Both the position numbers and the translations under genes were made by a program. Source: Candidatus Nanohalobium sp. (GTDB lineage Archaea > Nanohalarchaeota > Nanosalinia > Nanosalinales > Nanosalinaceae). From it: a stretch of 21,061 bases of DNA. Every line of letters begins with the position of its first letter. The first letter of the stretch is position 1. Where the stretch lies: positions 4,475-25,535 of the forward strand of contig JBDGTY010000004.1 of NCBI GenBank assembly GCA_042216335.1. The letters run 5' to 3'. This document shows, piece by piece, positions 16,372 through 21,061 of the stretch. The notes beneath the pieces are model-generated. The model searched no databases and was not told the origin of the DNA. It saw only the letters and a program-made list of their open reading frames with translations.

Positions 16372-18738
16372 TCAATCCCACTGTGAGCCATCGAACCTCT
16401 TGACCTTGAAAGGCCTTACCCAACTGTCTCCATCGTAGATCTTGACAGTACCCGGTGAAAAGCTCGAGTTGTAGTACTGTAAACCATAACCTGTCTTGAG
16501 GGAAACAGTGCCAGAGTCGGAAGCCGTATGTTCAGTGAAAGTTCGAACCTTGGCGACATAATTCTGATTAAACAGCAGATCAGACGTCGTGAACGATGTT
16601 TTATTCGCTGATATGTCGCTTCCCTGCTGGGAGAAAGTTGAGCCGCCATCAGTCGAAAGCATCAACCTGAACCCATCCTCGTTGTTCGAGTTGTCAGTCC
16701 AGGAAGCCGAGATCCTGTTGTTCTTTATTATAGAAGCTGAGAATCTGGAAGGCGGTGGCAGAATCGTTGTTCCAGAGATAGTAGAGGAGTCAGCTGAGTA
16801 TTCTGCCTGGATACTGCCATGACGTGCCTGTTCAGCTGTTGCCCGGGAAAAGACATCGTATTTCTCGCCGTCAAGCAAACCGGTAAATGTGTAAGTAGTG
16901 AGATCAGCCGCAAGGTTATCTTTGTGCGTCCAAGTACTTGACCCTGTAGGCCGGATCTTGGCCTCATACTTGGTATTGACCGATGCGTTATCAACCCATG
17001 AAGCCGTTACCTCACGTTTTATGGAAGTATCAAGAGATAGGCTTGTCGGTGCCGCTGGCTTAGTATACTCGTGGACGATGTCAGAAACGACCACATGGTC
17101 TACTGCAACGTAGTCTCCCCCTCCTGCCTCATCTCCCTGAATTCGAATACGATTATCTGTAGAGAGCAGCGAGTCCGGAACCTCAATCGCTGCCTCAACC
17201 CATCCATTCCTGTTATATTCCCACGAATAGGAACCTGCCTCGATTTTCTGCCACGATGAACCATCGTACCACTCAAAGTGAATATCATCTGAATCTGCAT
17301 CGAAAGATCCAACCGCCAGAACAGACTTTATGAAAACATCGCTCTCATTCGAGATATCTCCAAGATTCTTCTGGATGTAATCAGATCCATCAAGCCTCAC
17401 ATAGTAACTCCCCTGATCTGCACCAGAAATACCGAGACTATTATTGCTTCCCGAGTAAATTCCACCGCCTCCAGAAAAATCTGTAGCAGACCACTCCGAT
17501 AAATCCTGATCCTCAAAATCGTCCTTGAAGTATACATTACCCTCGTTGCCGTAATCGGCGTAAACCCACTTGCTGGTGCCTCCATCCGGAGCCACGGTTC
17601 TCAGCCTGAACTGGTACCGGGCATCTATCTCAAACCAGGAGTACTTATCATTGTCGAAGTGATGAAGATCGTCCGGGTCGGTAGTAGCCGCCTTCCAGGA
17701 TCCGTATCCTGATCCGGTATCCTTCCGGTACTGGATCTCGACGTGATCAAAAATATCGGTTCTGTTTGACCAGTTGATGTTTAATTGAGTACTGTTTCGG
17801 TTATCCACGAAAGGAGAATGCGGCGGAATTGGATCAGTATAGACTGTTCCAGACTGCGTCCAGGACGAACTGCCGGCCGAGTTCTCCGCTCTAACCCGGA
17901 ACTGGAATGATGAGTCTATACCGACAAACGAGTCATAGCTAACGTCACTCGTCGAATTGTAGGTCGCCGAAGTCGTACCCGACGCCGGCGTAGTAGGCCC
18001 ACCCGAAGGATCAACATATGAGGCAGCATCCCGCGAAAGCTGAATATGATAATTACCTTTTTCGCCTCCCCAATCAGAGGGGGGATCCCATGAAGCTGTT
18101 ATAGAATCGTTCGAGTTAACATTTAAGGCAAGATTTGAAGGTGCTGAAGGCGGTGAGACCGGAGTTGTATAGAAAGCATCCCACCACATGTAAGTGTTGT
18201 CAGGATTATCTGCAGGATGCCAATTTCCCGAATTATAGTTGTGTAGTTCAACAGCCGCGATATCAGTTCCGTTGATAAAACTACCAGTATAGGATTTGGT
18301 TGTACCCGACTGAAGATCCTCAAATGTCACGGTGAATTCAGAGTTAGACCAGTCAAATGTGGCAGATACTCTGATCCATCTATCATAACCATCTCCACCA
18401 TAAACTTCTGTAATCCCACTGCTATCATCAACATTCCATTGAGGGTTATTTGTGGCGAAACCACACTCATAGTTCCCGTTAGAGTTCTTCAACCGGACTC
18501 CAGAACCGTAGGAACTTGAAGACTCTTGAAAATAAAATTCAAACTCTGACGCCTGTTTGCCCGTCCCGTTCCAAGGCTGCCAAACTGCAAAATCATCTGG
18601 ATCACTTGGCGTGTCTGCTTGCACAGAACCAGAGTAAGATCCATCGTACACTCTATCACTAGCAGCTGAATTAAACGAGCCATTGTTTACAGTAAAACTT
18701 CCATCTGATTTAGAATCAAAATTGTACTCTTTAACCAT
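16372..18738 (-). CDS. Fibronectin type III repeat protein with lectin-like beta-sandwich domains and no signal peptide
   Basis: Four Fn3-like units (PSAPSNL..ITASW..FQFRVRAEN; LNINW..YQFRLRT; PAAPTSL..VTASW..TGLLDGEKY; PPSRF..ISASWTDNSNNEDGF). W/Y/D/S-rich ConA/CBM-like domains lie at the N-terminus and in the middle. Confidence 0.85.
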   Translation of the reverse strand: MVKEYNFDSKSDGSFTVNNGSFNSAASDRVYDGSYSGSVQADTPSDPDDFAVWQPWNGTGKQASEFEFYFQESSSSYGSGVRLKNSNGNYECGFATNNPQWNVDDSSGITEVYGGDGYDRWIRVSATFDWSNSEFTVTFEDLQSGTTKSYTGSFINGTDIAAVELHNYNSGNWHPADNPDNTYMWWDAFYTTPVSPPSAPSNLALNVNSNDSITASWDPPSDWGGEKGNYHIQLSRDAASYVDPSGGPTTPASGTTSATYNSTSDVSYDSFVGIDSSFQFRVRAENSAGSSSWTQSGTVYTDPIPPHSPFVDNRNSTQLNINWSNRTDIFDHVEIQYRKDTGSGYGSWKAATTDPDDLHHFDNDKYSWFEIDARYQFRLRTVAPDGGTSKWVYADYGNEGNVYFKDDFEDQDLSEWSATDFSGGGGIYSGSNNSLGISGADQGSYYVRLDGSDYIQKNLGDISNESDVFIKSVLAVGSFDADSDDIHFEWYDGSSWQKIEAGSYSWEYNRNGWVEAAIEVPDSLLSTDNRIRIQGDEAGGGDYVAVDHVVVSDIVHEYTKPAAPTSLSLDTSIKREVTASWVDNASVNTKYEAKIRPTGSSTWTHKDNLAADLTTYTFTGLLDGEKYDVFSRATAEQARHGSIQAEYSADSSTISGTTILPPPSRFSASIIKNNRISASWTDNSNNEDGFRLMLSTDGGSTFSQQGSDISANKTSFTTSDLLFNQNYVAKVRTFTEHTASDSGTVSLKTGYGLQYYNSSFSPGTVKIYDGDSWVRPFKVKRFDGSQWD

Positions 18739-18768
18739 TTTAACCCATCAAAACCATGAAATCTATCT

Positions 18769-19149
18769 TTAAGAAGTATCTATCCAGATATCGTTGGTTT
18801 CAGGGTTTGAAGGTGCTGAACTACCTACATGGACATCATGGCCATCTACTTCATCTGCGTTTACATCGGATTGGCCGCTGCTTGCAGGTTGAAAAACACT
18901 CCACTCCAGTCCTGCTACAGAAGAGGAGAGTGCTAGACTTCCTGCACCCATACCCAGCAATTTTAGGAAATTTCTTCGAGACAGAACAGACTTCTGCTCT
19001 TCATCATCTTTAGACAGTCCAGAACCTATATTTTTGGAACCTTCACCTTTTCTTTCACACTCATCTTGTCTGTCCTCTGCTCCTACAGATTTTCCTCTCT
19101 GGTTACGTTTTTCATGATTGCTTGTTGAGTCTTCGGTTTCTTCAGCCAT
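18769..19149 (-). CDS. Small twin-arginine (Tat) signal protein with a tail-fibre-like C-terminal motif
   Basis: SRRNFLK followed by the hydrophobic LLGMGAGSLALSSSVAG. Ends NADEVDGHDVHVGSSAPSNPETNDIWIDTS. Confidence 0.75.
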   Translation of the reverse strand: MAEETEDSTSNHEKRNQRGKSVGAEDRQDECERKGEGSKNIGSGLSKDDEEQKSVLSRRNFLKLLGMGAGSLALSSSVAGLEWSVFQPASSGQSDVNADEVDGHDVHVGSSAPSNPETNDIWIDTS

Positions 19150-19222
19150 GTTGAATGAAATACAGATCGCTGTTTAAAATTCTTCTCTATCTTCTCATCA
19201 GGAACAGTAAGAGCGGGAATCT

Positions 19223-19768
19223 TCAGGATTTTTGAGAATATTCTTCAGTCCTCCTGATCGTCATTTCACCTTCTCTAATTTCAATGAGGTTTACCTGGAT
19301 AGAAGCATCTTCAGAAGTTCCTATATCCAGCATCGTCGGATTTCCTCTCCTGCTGGAGCCTCCGCCTACTCCTGTGCAGCTTCCAGGATTCAGGATTACG
19401 CATTCTTCGAGTTCTGTGATTTCTTCTTCGTGAGTGTGGCCGGTGATGAGTATGTCGACCTCTAAATCTTCTGTCGCTATCTTCTGTAGTGTGTCGTGGT
19501 CGCCGCGCGGGTTGATGCCCGTTCCATGATAGACTCCGAACTTCACGCCGTTTCTCTCGAAGGTTTCCGAGTTCGGGAGGTCGAAAAAGTCACAGTTCCC
19601 CCTCACTGCCACCAATTCTCCGTATTCATCTATACCGTTCTTGACGGGTTTTTCGTCGAAGTCTCCTGCGTGGACGATGAGGTCTGATTCCTTCATTTTT
19701 TCCCTGAACTGTTTCGGGATCTTGTCTGCGCGGGTTGGGACGTGGGAGTCGGATACTACTGCTATCAT
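19223..19768 (-). CDS. YfcE/MJ0936/Vps29-family metallophosphoesterase
   Basis: SDSH, HAGD, VRGNCD, YHG, TGHTH and NPGS motifs. The start is ATG 19768 (MIAVVSDSH), with a TTTAAA box about 26-31 nt upstream. Confidence 0.93.
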   Translation of the reverse strand: MIAVVSDSHVPTRADKIPKQFREKMKESDLIVHAGDFDEKPVKNGIDEYGELVAVRGNCDFFDLPNSETFERNGVKFGVYHGTGINPRGDHDTLQKIATEDLEVDILITGHTHEEEITELEECVILNPGSCTGVGGGSSRRGNPTMLDIGTSEDASIQVNLIEIREGEMTIRRTEEYSQKS

Positions 19769-19860
19769 GTGGTTTGTTTGGACTCCGAGTATCTTTAAAT
19801 ACAGGTCCGGAGAACACTTTGAATACGGGGATAGTACGGGGAGTGACTTGACGTGATCGG

Positions 19861-20172
19861 ATGCGGATTTACCGGAAGGTTCGGCGGAAGGCATTGCTTG
19901 CGATGCTGGCATTGACCAAGATAGTTTCTTCGACAGAGCGAAGTATACCCGGCAAATGGCATAACGTGGTCGACTCCGTCAAAGTCTCCAGTCAGGCAAT
20001 CCATGCACAACTCTCGATTCTTGACGACGAAGTAACCGAAGAATATTACGAACTGGAGAAGAACCTCAGCCGGAGAGTAGGGAAAGGAAAACTGTACAGC
20101 AAAGAGGACCTGGATATGGCTCGGAAACGGATCGAGCAGGTGGAGTTCCAGAACCTGAACCGTGGAATTTGA
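19861..20172 (+). CDS. Hypothetical protein (103 aa)
   Basis: ORF divergent from the phosphoesterase that fills the gap, with host-like codon use. No recognisable family. Confidence 0.55.
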   Translation: MRIYRKVRRKALLAMLALTKIVSSTERSIPGKWHNVVDSVKVSSQAIHAQLSILDDEVTEEYYELEKNLSRRVGKGKLYSKEDLDMARKRIEQVEFQNLNRGI

Positions 20173-20257
20173 ATAGTCGGTAGTTTGTTTAAGTTGCGTC
20201 GATTATTTCTTTCGTGTGAGGTAAACTCCTTAACCAGTTCAGCGAGGCTTCGTTTTG

Positions 20258-20551
20258 ATGCAGAATTTTGAGAAGAATCTGTGGTGGTTGATTGCAGGGA
20301 CGCGTGGCGGCGAGAACAGGCTGCGTATTCTCCGTGCCCTGGATGAGAGACCGATGAACGCGAATAAACTGGCTGAGGAGCTGGAGCTGGATTACAAGAC
20401 GGTTGAGCATCATCTCGATACTTTGAAAGAGCATAACATCATCGAGACTATGGGTGAGGGCTATGGAAAGAACTATCTTCTCACGGAGCAGATGGAAGAA
20501 AATAAAGGAAAACTCGACGAAATACAGGATGAGGCAGGTGTAGAACTATGA
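20258..20551 (+). CDS. ArsR-like winged HTH transcriptional regulator
   Basis: LWWLIAGTRGGENRLRIL...PMNANKLAEELELDYKTVEHHLDTL...YG..Y, a common archaeal wHTH subfamily. Confidence 0.9.
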   Translation: MQNFEKNLWWLIAGTRGGENRLRILRALDERPMNANKLAEELELDYKTVEHHLDTLKEHNIIETMGEGYGKNYLLTEQMEENKGKLDEIQDEAGVEL

Positions 20552-20937
20552 AACCGGAGAAAGAGATGTACGCCGTCATCGGATTTAGCATACTCGTGGG
20601 TATAGTCTGCGCCGTTCTCACCAGCCGTACGATCTTCTCACCTGTAAAGTTTGCGGAAACAGCGGTACTGGCCAAGGTCTTCCTCACCTCGATGAACACA
20701 GTACTTCTCGGAGGACTGACGTTCAATTACCTTAAGATCTATCGTAACATGCCGACACCGACCTCCCGTGTATTCCTGATATTCAGCTCCGCACTCATGA
20801 TGTACGCACTGACCGCAAATCCGTTGATCCAGATACTTTTCGGCTTCAAACTCATACCGCTCGGCCCATTCACCTACCTGCCTGAACTCTTCCTGACCGC
20901 GGCCACGGGCTCAGTGCTCTACGAGAGCTACCGATGA
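20548..20937 (+). CDS. 4-TM membrane protein coupled to the wHTH regulator
   Basis: Four hydrophobic segments. The ATGA overlaps the regulator stop and is preceded by an AGGTG SD. Confidence 0.75.
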   Translation: MKPEKEMYAVIGFSILVGIVCAVLTSRTIFSPVKFAETAVLAKVFLTSMNTVLLGGLTFNYLKIYRNMPTPTSRVFLIFSSALMMYALTANPLIQILFGFKLIPLGPFTYLPELFLTAATGSVLYESYR

Positions 20938-21011
20938 ACTTCCTTAGGAACTAACCTAGAGATCCGGAACGAAATTGGGTCTGAATTGGGAGAGAGCTGA
21001 ACAAAGTTCGG

Positions 21012-21056
21012 AAAACCCCTTTTAAACAGAGATTCGGTTAGTTGGACAGAAGGTGA
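21012..21056 (+). promoter_or_regulatory. BRE/TATA promoter and SD for a gene beyond the window
   Basis: GAAAACCCCTTTTAAA followed by AGGTGA at 21051-21056. Confidence 0.5.
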
Positions 21057-21061
21057 ACAAA

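Noticed and set aside
15631-16386. Long plus-strand ORFs antisense to real genes (251 aa here; also 1579..2115, 2290..2892, 7423..7959)
   Set aside because: They are shadow ORFs produced by the codon bias of the minus-strand genes and have no protein motifs.
16372-19149. Intact provirus suggested by tail-fibre-like motifs
   Set aside because: There are no capsid, terminase, integrase or replication genes, and the flanks are housekeeping genes.
19769-19912. N-terminal extension of the metallophosphoesterase
   Set aside because: The family starts at MIAVVSDSH. The extension spans the promoter and overlaps the divergent ORF.
1-21061. CRISPR array, IS element or rRNA
   Set aside because: I saw no regularly spaced repeats, transposase ORF, terminal inverted repeats or rRNA-like sequence.

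Overview
This window looks like a chromosome segment from a halophilic archaeon. The strongly acidic proteins, dense gene packing, moderate GC and archaeal informational genes suggest a nanohaloarchaeon/DPANN genome (inference). Nearly all genes are on the minus strand. The backbone is the conserved archaeal cluster pus10 - rpl21e - rpoF(rpo4) - DUF655 - ksgA/rsmA - hemK-like methyltransferase. It is interrupted by two HEPN/MNT toxin-antitoxin pairs in opposite gene orders, a PHP hydrolase, pyrG and an intron-containing tRNA-Glu(CTC). Also present are trmJ, DUF1512, a three-gene surface-protein operon, a third nucleotidyltransferase coupled to a 57-aa ORF absent from the ORF track, a YfcE/Vps29 phosphoesterase and an ArsR-like regulator with a membrane protein. 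The most notable observations are four. (1) A 496-aa LAGLIDADG intein sits at the active-site motif of Pus10, with an apparent co-conversion tract. (2) A two-gene AT-richer island pairs a Tat-signal protein with a signal-less Fn3/lectin-like protein, and their C-termini carry complementary halves of a phage tail-fibre-like motif. (3) The same double-hairpin leader, which buries the Shine-Dalgarno (SD) site, precedes both rpl21e and rpoF. (4) One HEPN toxin has lost its catalytic His.
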